The notes under the pieces: model-generated
What the model was told of the DNA's origin: nothing
The model's input: the letters and a program-made list of their open reading frames with translations, nothing else
Database searches by the model: none
NCBI GenBank assembly: GCA_965219685.1
Contig: CBDCOH010000002.1
Location: 2,112,001-2,176,000 of the forward strand
Direction of reading: 5' to 3'
Length of the DNA stretch: 64,000 nt
DNA from: Candidatus Spongiisociaceae bacterium
GTDB lineage: Bacteria > Actinomycetota > Acidimicrobiia > Spongiisociales > Spongiisociaceae
Part shown: piece after piece, positions 9,306 through 18,163 of the stretch
Layout of the letters: each line of letters opens with the position of its first letter
Position numbering within the stretch: the first letter of the stretch is position 1
Made by a program: the position numbers and the translations under genes

Positions 9306-10195
9306 TCCTGCTGCCGAGTTTCCAGGCTCCTGAGGGTGGCAACGGAGTGCGCAGCCAGTACGGCGAGCAGCAGGAGCCCACCCACCACGGTTGCGGTACC
9401 CGGTACCTCTCCGACCGCCAGCCATACCCAGTAGGCGCCCAGCACGGTCTGCAACAGCAGCAGCAACGCCACCTCGGCAGCAGGTATGAACCGGGGGCCG
9501 GTGGCGATCAGGCCGAAAGCGACGGGGCCCACGACCAGACCCAGGACGACGAGCAGAACCCAGTCGCGGAGACCGGCCGAAGCCGGGTTGGCGGCTGGTA
9601 GACCGACGAGGCCGGCCAAACCCGCTCCGAGCGCCACTGCCGGAACCAGGTTGAGCGATGGTCTCGACCTCAGCACCACCAGTGTCCCCCCGATCGCGAC
9701 CGCGGCGACGAGGCCGGCGAGTGTGCCTGCAAGGTCGCCCGTCACCAGCGAACCGTACATGATCACCAATGTCGCCACGGCCGCTCCTCCGATGGCGACC
9801 CACGTTCGTCGCGGCACCTCCTGCCTGAGGACGGCACGGGTGAGCAGGCCGGCGAAGAGTGGGCTCAGGCTGATCATCAGCAGGGTGTTCGCCACCGAGG
9901 TGTGGGTGATCGAGTAGATGAACATCACGTTGTCGAGAGCGAAAAGCAGCGCCGCCGTGATACCGGCGAGTCCCATCGCCGCCCGCAACTCAGCCTTCCA
10001 CCTGGTTCGCTCCACGACCAGGAAGAAGGCGAGCAGGCCGGGCGCCGACAGCACGCCCCGCACGAACATGAGCGTCCACGCGTCCACCTCTACGAGCCGG
10101 ATCGGGATTCCCTGGAGGCTCAGGACGACGACGCCCGCGGATGTGATCAACAGTCCTTTGGCCTGCCGTGAGAGGGACGAAAACCTACCTACCAA
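9302..10195 (-). CDS. EamA/DMT family transporter
   Basis: About 10 hydrophobic helices, TSVANT...SLSPLFA, GPRFIPAAEV. TTG start at 10195 behind an AGGAGG RBS. Confidence 0.88.
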   Translation of the reverse strand: MVGRFSSLSRQAKGLLITSAGVVVLSLQGIPIRLVEVDAWTLMFVRGVLSAPGLLAFFLVVERTRWKAELRAAMGLAGITAALLFALDNVMFIYSITHTSVANTLLMISLSPLFAGLLTRAVLRQEVPRRTWVAIGGAAVATLVIMYGSLVTGDLAGTLAGLVAAVAIGGTLVVLRSRPSLNLVPAVALGAGLAGLVGLPAANPASAGLRDWVLLVVLGLVVGPVAFGLIATGPRFIPAAEVALLLLLQTVLGAYWVWLAVGEVPGTATVVGGLLLLAVLAAHSVATLRSLETRQQD

Positions 10196-10585
10196 CGTAA
10201 ACCTCCTCGTCACCAGGCAGCCCGCAGCCGTGGTCAGTTGCATCGTCAGCCGAAGCCGGGACTCCGGACGGCGACAACACTAGGCGTCGTTCCGCCTGGG
10301 CGGAACTCGCTCTCGGCAGGTCCAGCCGGACCCGCCGTAGCTCCCGGGCAGTGGGTGACCCGGGAGGCGGACGAGATCACGACCGGAAATCGGAGTATCC
10401 TTCCGTTGGCCGAAACGGGACCGAAGATCACCTTGCGGCCTCACTAGGCCGGGCCAGCCGGCCGGTGCGAACCGGTAGGGAAGCGACGACCGCTCTCCCT
10501 GCGGTTGCCGCCATCGCAGTCGAGTCGAAGGTCACTCGATATCCCGCACCGCCATCGAACATCCGTCGAAGAACGAGGAGTATCC

Positions 10586-11125
10586 ATGCCAATTCGCGAA
10601 CAACCAGGCTGTTACCGCCATGTCGTCGGACTGCGCGCGGTGCGCCGATTCCGGACGATGGTGATCCCTGACGATGACGTCATTGCGATCCTGGAGGCCG
10701 GCCGGTGGACCGGGAGCGCTAGGAACCGTCAGGCCTGGGCGTTCGTCGTCATGAGCGGACCGGATGAGGTCGCCCGCTTGGCGGAGGTCAGCCTCCCCGA
10801 TAGTCCACTCACCCGCGCTCCGCTGGCCATCGCCCTCGTGCAACTCCCCAACGGGAACGACTTCGACATGGGCCGGACCGCCCAGAACATGATGTTGGCG
10901 GCCAGCGCCAGAGGCATCGGGTCGTGTCCGGTCACCTTGCGGGATCAGCAACTCGCCGCCGACGTGCTACACCTGCCCGAGGGTTACAAGGCCCGGCGGG
11001 CCATCGCCTTCGGCTACCCCGACGATCTAGCAGAGTCTGCGGAGCGTGCCGAACGCCGGGCGGGCGGAGGCACCGGCCGACGGCCCCTCGACCACCTCGC
11101 TCATTACGGCCGATTCCGGAGCTGA
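10586..11125 (+). CDS. Nitroreductase family flavoprotein
   Basis: RAVRRF, ILEAGRWTGSARNRQAW, DMGRTAQNMMLAASARGIGSC, AFGYP. AGGAG RBS before ATG 10586. Confidence 0.9.
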   Translation: MPIREQPGCYRHVVGLRAVRRFRTMVIPDDDVIAILEAGRWTGSARNRQAWAFVVMSGPDEVARLAEVSLPDSPLTRAPLAIALVQLPNGNDFDMGRTAQNMMLAASARGIGSCPVTLRDQQLAADVLHLPEGYKARRAIAFGYPDDLAESAERAERRAGGGTGRRPLDHLAHYGRFRS

Positions 11126-11274
11126 TCGCATCGGGACGCCGGACGAGTCGATCGTCGCAAGCGGTGCCGGCGCCGGGGTCATGACCACCGCCGCTCAGGC
11201 AGACCCGGGGAGATCGCCTCCGCCGGGGTCCCGCGTACTCGAATGGCGACTCGGCCGGTTTCGAGTGGTGATCC

Positions 11275-12192
11275 TCATGCAGCGTTCTCCGTCGAGGGGT
11301 GTTCCGTGAGGCTTCTCAGGGTTGCGACGGAGTGAGCCGCCAGCACCACCACCAGGATCACCCCGCCCACCACGGTCGCCAGGGTGGGAACCTCACCGAT
11401 GACCATCCAGACCAGTAGAGCCCCCAATACCGTCTCGAGAAGAAGGAACAAGGCCACTTCGGCAGCCGGAATGTACCTGGGCCCCGTAGCGATCAGCCCG
11501 AAAGCGACCGGAACGACGATCAGCCCCAGGACGACGAGGTACATCCAGTCCTGGGCACCGGCCGACGACGGGACTGCGGCGGGCAGGCCGACGAGCGCCG
11601 CCAGTCCCGAGCCCAATGCCACCGCAGGGACCATGTTGAGGTCCGGATGAGCCCGCAGCACCACCAGGGTCCCGCCGATCGCCGCCGCCGCTATGAGACC
11701 GGCGAGCGTACCCGCCAGATCGCCCTCGACCAGCGACCCGAGCATGATGATCAACGTCGCCACGGCTCCCCCCGCGATGGCCAGCCATGTTCGTCGAGGA
11801 ACCTGCTCGCGAAGCACGAGCCAGGTGAACAACCCGGCGAACAGCGGGCTGAGGCTGATCAGGAGAAGGGTGTTCGCCACCGAGGTGTGAGTGATCGAGT
11901 AGATGAAGCCGACGTTGTCGATCGCGAAGAGCACCGCTGCCAGAAGACCTGCGAGGCCCATAGACCGCAACTGGCCCCGCCACCCGCGCCTCTCCACAAT
12001 CAGGAAGAACAGGAACAGGCCCGGGGCCGCAAGCACTCCCCGCAGGAACAGCAGCGTCCAGGAGTCGATGTCGATCGATCGGATCAGGACGCCTTCGAAG
12101 CTGAGCACGAGGACGCCGACGATCGTGATGAGCTGCCCGAGAGCTGTTCGCGAGAGGCCGAGGGGCTCGGTTCCCGGCGTCGAGGCGCTCAT
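11275..12192 (-). CDS. EamA/DMT family transporter (paralogue of 9302-10195)
   Basis: Near-collinear with the first copy (YSITHTSVANTLL.ISLSPLFAGL, GDLAGTLAGL, AFGLIATGPR.IPAAEVAL). Confidence 0.88.
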   Translation of the reverse strand: MSASTPGTEPLGLSRTALGQLITIVGVLVLSFEGVLIRSIDIDSWTLLFLRGVLAAPGLFLFFLIVERRGWRGQLRSMGLAGLLAAVLFAIDNVGFIYSITHTSVANTLLLISLSPLFAGLFTWLVLREQVPRRTWLAIAGGAVATLIIMLGSLVEGDLAGTLAGLIAAAAIGGTLVVLRAHPDLNMVPAVALGSGLAALVGLPAAVPSSAGAQDWMYLVVLGLIVVPVAFGLIATGPRYIPAAEVALFLLLETVLGALLVWMVIGEVPTLATVVGGVILVVVLAAHSVATLRSLTEHPSTENAA

Positions 12193-12350
12193 ACAGACTG
12201 CCGCCTTGGGCAATACTCGCGCTCCGTCTCCGGACCTTTCCAACCGGTCGCACCTATTGGACGACGCCCCCGCTCGCGTACGGTCGACGGCCGTCGACGC
12301 AAGGGCCGCCTGCCGGAACCGGGGGAGGGCCTGATACCGGACACCGACAG

Positions 12351-13343
12351 TTAGGGCATGTACGAGCCGCTGTGGTCCAAAGAGCCCAGCAGGCGGCGGT
12401 ATGACATCGCCGCTGCATCCGGGACTTTCAGGTGGAGTTCCTGCCTCAGGTCCAGCGGTATCTCTTCGGGGCGTTGCGACTCGACGATGTCCCTGTCCTG
12501 CAGCAGCACGAACCTCTGGAAGTCGGCGACCGAATCATCGTCCTCGTCGAAAGAGTGGTCCCTCGCCCGCCAGCAGTAGACCCGGGTTCTGTTCGAGGAG
12601 ATTGGCGAGGTGATCATCGATATGTAGTCGTGCTCCCCCGGTCTGCTGTCCCATCCACCCTCTATGTGAGCAGTGAAAGGCAGGTGGAGGGTATAGGCGT
12701 AGTAGGAGTGGTTGCCCGCTCCCTTGTCACTAGCCTCCTCAAGGTCCTTGGGCATCGGCGGCCAGACCGTGTAGCTGATCGTGGAGCCTTCGGTCGTGAC
12801 GGTGTGGCGCGGTGTCACGGTGTTGTCACGGGTTCCGAGAATGCCGTCGTGTACCCAGGCGAAGTGGGACACATCGAGGAAGTTCTCGATCGCTCGACCA
12901 GCAGATGTCGACCAGACACCGTCGTAGACGAGCAAGGTCCGGAACCGGTGCCGGTCCCAAAGCCCATCGGGAAACGGCGGAACGGGTGCCGCCGGTTCAT
13001 CCAGACACACCCAGACCAGGTTGTATGCCTCGACCGCGCGATAGGCGGTCGTGCGGGCCTTCGGTGGAATCCGGGAACCTTCCGGCAACGACGGGATCCT
13101 GATGCAGCGGCCTGTCGGGTCATATCGCCAGCCGTGATAAGCACACGTGATGTTGCCATCCTCGACCCATCCGAGCGAGAGAGCGGTTCCCCGGTGGATG
13201 CACAGGTCCTTCAGCGCGACGATGCCGGACCCGGCCCGGAACAGGACGACTTGCTCGTCCAGCAGTCCCACCTGCACCGGTTTGGTAGTCACATCTCCGG
13301 CCCGTGCGACCGGGTGCCAGTAGTTGCGCAGTGTCGGGACCAA
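12351..13343 (-). CDS. Rieske non-heme iron oxygenase alpha subunit, NdmA/B/C- or VanA-like demethylase family (no. 1)
   Basis: CIH...CAYH Rieske ligands; ENFLDVSHFAWVH and QD mononuclear-iron ligands; ESQRPEEIPLDL..ELHL tail. Confidence 0.9.
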   Translation of the reverse strand: MVPTLRNYWHPVARAGDVTTKPVQVGLLDEQVVLFRAGSGIVALKDLCIHRGTALSLGWVEDGNITCAYHGWRYDPTGRCIRIPSLPEGSRIPPKARTTAYRAVEAYNLVWVCLDEPAAPVPPFPDGLWDRHRFRTLLVYDGVWSTSAGRAIENFLDVSHFAWVHDGILGTRDNTVTPRHTVTTEGSTISYTVWPPMPKDLEEASDKGAGNHSYYAYTLHLPFTAHIEGGWDSRPGEHDYISMITSPISSNRTRVYCWRARDHSFDEDDDSVADFQRFVLLQDRDIVESQRPEEIPLDLRQELHLKVPDAAAMSYRRLLGSLDHSGSYMP

Positions 13344-13573
13344 GCCTGCTTACCTCGATTCGAACTACAACTCAGGTTAGCCGTGGACCGACAACCCGGA
13401 CATGCCTGTGGTCTGCGGCCAGCCGATCCAACGGACCCGCACCTCCCCGAGCACCAGCCGATTCGTGGCAGCCGCCGGCACTCACTCGCGCATCGGGTGG
13501 TCGGGGGCGAGGGGAGCGTCCGAAGGAGCGACCTGGATCGGGATGGGGGATATTCGCGTTCAGGATCGTCGGC

Positions 13574-13903
13574 TCAGAGATCCCGAAGAACCGCGCGCAA
13601 CTCCGCCAGTGATAGGAAGAGGGCCGTCTGCTGCCCGCTCGCTGTGGTGTGATCACGGATCTCGAGGCTGCGAGTGTACGCGGACAGCGCGGACCGGAGA
13701 CGCCCGACCTCACTCGCAACCGCGTCGGGCCACTCGGTGAGTTCCTCCAGCGTCATACGGGCCTCTTCAAGGGCGGGAAGGGCCATGTCGAGCCCGACAC
13801 CCGGCGAGTCCCACCGGAGTTTGTAGACGCTGGCCTTGTAGATCTGGAGGTCGATGTCGGTCACCGCCGCCCATAGCAAAGCCTTGCTGCCCTCAGGGAT
13901 CAT
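13574..13903 (-). CDS. Hypothetical 109-aa helical protein downstream of UbiD
   Basis: GGGAGGG RBS shortly before ATG 13903, natural composition, co-oriented between UbiD and the Rieske gene. Confidence 0.6.
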   Translation of the reverse strand: MIPEGSKALLWAAVTDIDLQIYKASVYKLRWDSPGVGLDMALPALEEARMTLEELTEWPDAVASEVGRLRSALSAYTRSLEIRDHTTASGQQTALFLSLAELRAVLRDL

Positions 13904-13939
13904 CGTGCAACCCTCCCGCCGTGATCGTGTTGCCGGCCG

Positions 13940-15346
13940 TCATGACCTGTCCACCGACCGCCACTCGGTCAAGTAGTCCGACAGTTCCATGCCTTCCCAG
14001 ACCTCCCTGGGTACATCGGCGCGTTCCTCGAAGGGCGCCTCGACCGGCTTGGTGGCGTCGATCGCCCACTTGGTGTTCATGGTGTCCTTCTCCCAGCGGC
14101 TCCATATCGAGTAGGAGGCGGGGTCCAGCCGCGAGGTGGCGGACTCCGGGACGAAGAACGTGGAGCGGTCCGGCTGCGTCCGGGTCGCGATGGCCCACAA
14201 CACGTCGGCGTCGTTGTGAATGTCAACATCCTCGTCGACCACGACCGCCAGCTTCACGAAGGGATCGGACGACAGGGCGGCGAGAGCGGCCAGCTTGCCG
14301 GCTCCGTCGTACTCCTTGCGGATCCTGACGTAGGCGTGGAACCGGCATATCCCCGACATCGGCATGGCAACGTCGATGACGGACGGCACCGCGGCCTTGA
14401 CCCTTTTGTAGAGGACCGACTCCCGGCCGAGCCGACCGGTGAGGTTGTGCTCCGGGTGCGCCGCGAACAGATGGTGGAAGATCGCATCCTTGCGGTGGGT
14501 GATGGCGGTCACCTCCATCACGGGACTGGGCCGCTCGAGTCCGTAGTACCAGGTGAACTCCCCATATGGACCCTCACCCATACGCTGGTGAGGAAGGATC
14601 CGGCCTTCTATCACGACCTCGGCGTAGGCGGGGACCAGGACATCGACCGTCTTGGCCCTGGTGACCGCCAGCGGTTCCTGCAGGAGCCCGCCCATCACCT
14701 CGTACTCGTCCTCGCCGAAGGGGATCTTCGATTGGCATCCCAGCAGGCAGGCGGGGTGATGACCGATCCAGGTCACCGCTTCGAGCGGCTCGCCCCGTGC
14801 CTCGTACGGGCGATGGACCTGGCCGATGTGGGTGTGCTTCTCGTAGCTCATGCCCAACGTGTTGCGGGAGTGAACCATCATCCGGTATATGCCGGAGTTG
14901 AACTTGTCGGTTCCCGGGTGGCGAACCGTGGTGATACCCGCGCTGATGAACGGCCCGGAGTCCTTCCCGCAGTTGGTCACTATCGGGACCTCATGGAGGT
15001 TCACGTCGTCGGCCCCGATGACCACATCCTGGGCCGGCCCCGTATCGACCACCTCGTACGGGATGCGGGCATCTTCCCGATCGATATAGGCCTTCGTCAT
15101 CTCGGACGGGGTGGTCTCGAGCGCTTCGGCCAGCAGGGAGGCGCTGCCCAGCACGTTGGAGATGGTCCGCAGGTCCGATCCCTCGACCGACTCGAACAGC
15201 ACCACCGGGTAGCGGCCCTCCGACTGCAGCTTCCTCAGCACGCCGGGAAGTTCGTAGACCGGACTCACCGGGCGCGAGACACGAACCAACTCGGATGCGG
15301 CATTCGCTTCGACGCGCTTGAGGAAACTCCTCAGATCCTTGGCCAC
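13940..15346 (-). CDS. ubiD: UbiD-family prFMN-dependent decarboxylase (no. 1)
   Basis: KDLRSFL, NSGIYRM, EVVIEG, EGPYGEFTWYY, VVVDEDVDI, WAIATR, LDPAS, IDATKP. GTG start after GAGGAGG. Symbol denotes the family only. Confidence 0.93.
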   Translation of the reverse strand: MAKDLRSFLKRVEANAASELVRVSRPVSPVYELPGVLRKLQSEGRYPVVLFESVEGSDLRTISNVLGSASLLAEALETTPSEMTKAYIDREDARIPYEVVDTGPAQDVVIGADDVNLHEVPIVTNCGKDSGPFISAGITTVRHPGTDKFNSGIYRMMVHSRNTLGMSYEKHTHIGQVHRPYEARGEPLEAVTWIGHHPACLLGCQSKIPFGEDEYEVMGGLLQEPLAVTRAKTVDVLVPAYAEVVIEGRILPHQRMGEGPYGEFTWYYGLERPSPVMEVTAITHRKDAIFHHLFAAHPEHNLTGRLGRESVLYKRVKAAVPSVIDVAMPMSGICRFHAYVRIRKEYDGAGKLAALAALSSDPFVKLAVVVDEDVDIHNDADVLWAIATRTQPDRSTFFVPESATSRLDPASYSIWSRWEKDTMNTKWAIDATKPVEAPFEERADVPREVWEGMELSDYLTEWRSVDRS

Positions 15347-15565
15347 AGGACTCCCCTCCTCGTTCACAACTGCCCCATGAGACTAGCCACATGGGCGTTG
15401 CCGTCCGCGGCACGAACGCGGCCGTCCCTTCTATCGGGTTGCTGCGTGGCGATCCGGTCCGGACCGAAGCAACCCGCGCGGTCCAGGCCATAAGATGTCC
15501 CGGTACCGGGCACTGCGCCGCCGGCGGCGCGATCCCCCGCCCTCCCGCCGGCCTAGGAGACATGG

Positions 15566-16666
15566 ATGAACACCATCGAGAGCCGTAAGCACGAGCATGT
15601 GGAACTCGCCGTGTCCGGTGACTCCCAGAACCGTCGCTCCGCACTCTGGGAGGACGTACGTCTCGTGCCGGTCTCCGTACCCGACATCGGTCCCGCCGAC
15701 GTGGATCTCTCGGTTGACTTCCTCGGCCGGAGGCTGGCTACGCCTCTCGTGATCAGCGGAATGACCGGAGGCTACGCGCGGGCCCTCGAGATCAACCGTA
15801 ACCTGGCGGTCGCGGCCGAGAAGACCGGTCTCGCCATCGGCACGGGAAGCCAGCGGGCCGCACTGATGGACCCGGCCCTCGTCGAAACGTATTCGGTGGT
15901 GCGCGCTCATGCTCCGGGAGCGTTCGTTATCGGCAACATCGGCATGAGCCAGTTGATCCGCCAGGGCGGCGAACCCCCGATGGGACGGAGCCAGATCGAG
16001 CGTGCGGTGTCCATGATCGGCGCCGATGCGCTCGCCGTGCATCTCAACGCTGTCGAGGAACTCGTACAACCGGAAGGCGACAGGAACATGCGGAACCTGT
16101 CGGCCGGGATCGCCAGTGCCGTACGGTGGTCGCCGGTGCCGGTGATCGCCAAGGAGACAGGCGCCGGCATGGCGCGGGAGACGGCGCTCATGCTCGCCGA
16201 AGCTGGCGTCGCGGCCCTCGACGTGGGAGGCGCGGGCGGCACCAGCTTCGCCCGCATCGAGGCTCTTCGCGCCGACGCATTGGGGGACGCGACCGGTGCG
16301 AGGATCGGACGGACCTTCGCCGACTGGGGAGTCCCGACCACCCTCTCGATCATCGAGGCCGGATCCGCCGGACTGCCGCTGATCGGCACGGGAGGGGTTC
16401 GGAACGGGCTCCACGCCGCCAAGGCCCTGGCATTGGGCGCGTCGCTCGTGGGGATGGGCGGCCCGTTCATTCGAGCCGCCCTCGAAGGCCCCGAAGCCGT
16501 GATCGCGGAGGCACGCCTCGTACTCGAGGAGCTCCGGGTGGCCATGGTGCTGACGGGGGTCAGGGACGTTCGAGGACTGCGCGGCCTGGAACCGGTGTTG
16601 GTAGGGAGAGCCGCACAATGGCTCGCCGCGCGGGGCCGACCAGGTTCGAGAGGATCGAGACAGTGA
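15566..16666 (+). CDS. fni: Type-2 isopentenyl-diphosphate delta-isomerase (FMN-dependent)
   Basis: RKHEH, SGMTGG, GSQR, GNIG, HLN..EELVQPEGD, KETGAG, GAGGTSF, WGVPT, GGVRNG. Confidence 0.93.
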   Translation: MNTIESRKHEHVELAVSGDSQNRRSALWEDVRLVPVSVPDIGPADVDLSVDFLGRRLATPLVISGMTGGYARALEINRNLAVAAEKTGLAIGTGSQRAALMDPALVETYSVVRAHAPGAFVIGNIGMSQLIRQGGEPPMGRSQIERAVSMIGADALAVHLNAVEELVQPEGDRNMRNLSAGIASAVRWSPVPVIAKETGAGMARETALMLAEAGVAALDVGGAGGTSFARIEALRADALGDATGARIGRTFADWGVPTTLSIIEAGSAGLPLIGTGGVRNGLHAAKALALGASLVGMGGPFIRAALEGPEAVIAEARLVLEELRVAMVLTGVRDVRGLRGLEPVLVGRAAQWLAARGRPGSRGSRQ

Positions 16667-16690
16667 CCGACAGGAGAACGAGGAGGACGG

Positions 16691-17164
16691 ATGTCGCGTG
16701 TTGAAGGCTTAGAACTCGGTTCCGAGCTGGTATCGCTTCTCGACGGGAACGACCTTCACGGCAAGGTGGGTGAGACCATCCTGCTGCTGACGGTCAGCGA
16801 GACCGGATGGCCTCATCTGGCCATGCTGAGCGTGGGCGAGTTGCTCGCGGTAGCACCCGGCGAGGTGAGGATGGCGCTCTGGAAAGGAACCCGGACCGGT
16901 GACAACCTGCGCCGCACCTCGCAGGGGACGCTGGCGCTGGTTCATGGAGGCGCCGGCCACTACGTCGAGCTGCAAGTTACGGACTCAGGCCGCCTCGAAG
17001 CCGGCCCCATGACCCTCGACTACTTCTCTTGCAAGGTCGCCCGGGTGCTCACCGACGTGGTTGGCTACGCGACCCTCACCAGCGGGATCCGCTTCGACCT
17101 TCCCCGGCAGGACGAGGTGGTCTCCCGGTGGGAGCGGACCGTGGAGGCGATGCGGGCACTGTGA
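16691..17164 (+). CDS. PNPOx-like FMN-binding protein, YclD/PhdC-like prFMN maturase candidate
   Basis: TVSETGWPHLAMLSVGE, RMALWKGTRTGDNLRR, YATLTSGIRF, EVVSRWERT resemble B. subtilis YclD as recalled. Co-oriented directly after fni, divergent from UbiD. Confidence 0.75.
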   Translation: MSRVEGLELGSELVSLLDGNDLHGKVGETILLLTVSETGWPHLAMLSVGELLAVAPGEVRMALWKGTRTGDNLRRTSQGTLALVHGGAGHYVELQVTDSGRLEAGPMTLDYFSCKVARVLTDVVGYATLTSGIRFDLPRQDEVVSRWERTVEAMRAL

Positions 17165-17224
17165 AAACGGCAGCCGTTGTGCTTGCACTGCCGCGCCCGC
17201 ACATCGGCCCCACACATGTTCCCC

Positions 17225-17259
17225 CCGACCACCGACTATCAACTATCAACTATCAAGCA
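17225..17259 (-). repeat. Heptamer repeat tract overlapping the ATPase stop
   Basis: Plus strand CCGACCA CCGACTA TCAACTA TCAACTA TCAAGCA. Confidence 0.75.
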
Positions 17260-18028
17260 ACCCCGCCCTGATCTCGTTGATCAGACGGAAGAACCGGTCG
17301 TCCTCGCGAGTCCGAGCATCTCTAGGATGCGGGAGATCGATGAGCTTGTCGACGACTATCCGTCCGGGCCGTGGGCTCATCACGAGTACCCGGTTCGAAA
17401 GAAACACGGCCTCGGGGATCGAGTGGGTGATGAACAGGATGGTGGTGTGGGTGCTCTCCCAGATCCGCTGCAGTTCCGCATTCATCCGTTCTCTGGTCAG
17501 TTCGTCCAGAGCGCCGAAGGGCTCATCCATCAGGAGGATGTCGGGATTGAACGACAGGGCCCTGGCGATTGACACCCGCTGCTGCATGCCGCCCGAGAGT
17601 TGCCAGGGACTCCGGCGGGCGAAGTCCTGGAGCCCGACCAACTCCAGCATCTCGGCGGCGCGCCGGCGGCGATCGGCCTTGCGGACACCCGTCACCTCGA
17701 GGGGGAGTTCCACGTTGCGGCGGACCGAGCGCCATGCATAGAGGACCGGGTTCTGGAAGACCACCCCTATAGCCCTCTCCTGCCTGGCCTCCCGGGCGCT
17801 CTGGCCGGTCACACTGATCGAGCCGGACGAGGGTGGCAAAAGGTCGGCTATGAGCCTGAGCATGGTCGACTTGCCACATCCGGAAGGGCCGACGATCGAG
17901 ACGAACTCGTTCTGGCCGACCGAGAACGAGATGTCCTTCACCGCGACTACGGCGTCTGCCGTGGCCCCGAAGCGTTTGGTGACATCCTGCACTTCGATCG
18001 CGTTGACCGCGGTCCTGAGTGTGGCCAT
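17246..18028 (-). CDS. NitT/TauT (SsuB/TauB-like) ABC ATP-binding protein
   Basis: GPSGCGKST, VFQNP.LY.W, LSGGMQQR, MDEPFGALD, THSIPEAVFLS, SPRPGRI. Confidence 0.93.
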   Translation of the reverse strand: MATLRTAVNAIEVQDVTKRFGATADAVVAVKDISFSVGQNEFVSIVGPSGCGKSTMLRLIADLLPPSSGSISVTGQSAREARQERAIGVVFQNPVLYAWRSVRRNVELPLEVTGVRKADRRRRAAEMLELVGLQDFARRSPWQLSGGMQQRVSIARALSFNPDILLMDEPFGALDELTRERMNAELQRIWESTHTTILFITHSIPEAVFLSNRVLVMSPRPGRIVVDKLIDLPHPRDARTREDDRFFRLINEIRAGLLDS

Positions 18029-18163
18029 CGGCCCATCCTAGATGGCATGGGTGCGCGCAGTCGGGGCCCCAGCCATCGGGTACCGTGCTGACCGGTAGCA
18101 TCACTGCTGGCGGTCACCGGCTCGACGATGTTTCGATGGCCAACAGTCACAACGGAGAATCCC

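Noticed and set aside
10278-10449. Lysine riboswitch (GAGGCCGC...ACTGCC..GGAGCTA on the minus strand)
   Set aside because: Only scattered resemblance; conserved elements are out of order. Kept only as a generic structured region.
14216-15493. Long antisense ORFs (also 2552-3655, 12432-13652, 19075-20340, 27035-28837, 44346-45674)
   Set aside because: Stop-poor shadow frames opposite well-supported genes in high-GC DNA, with no motifs.
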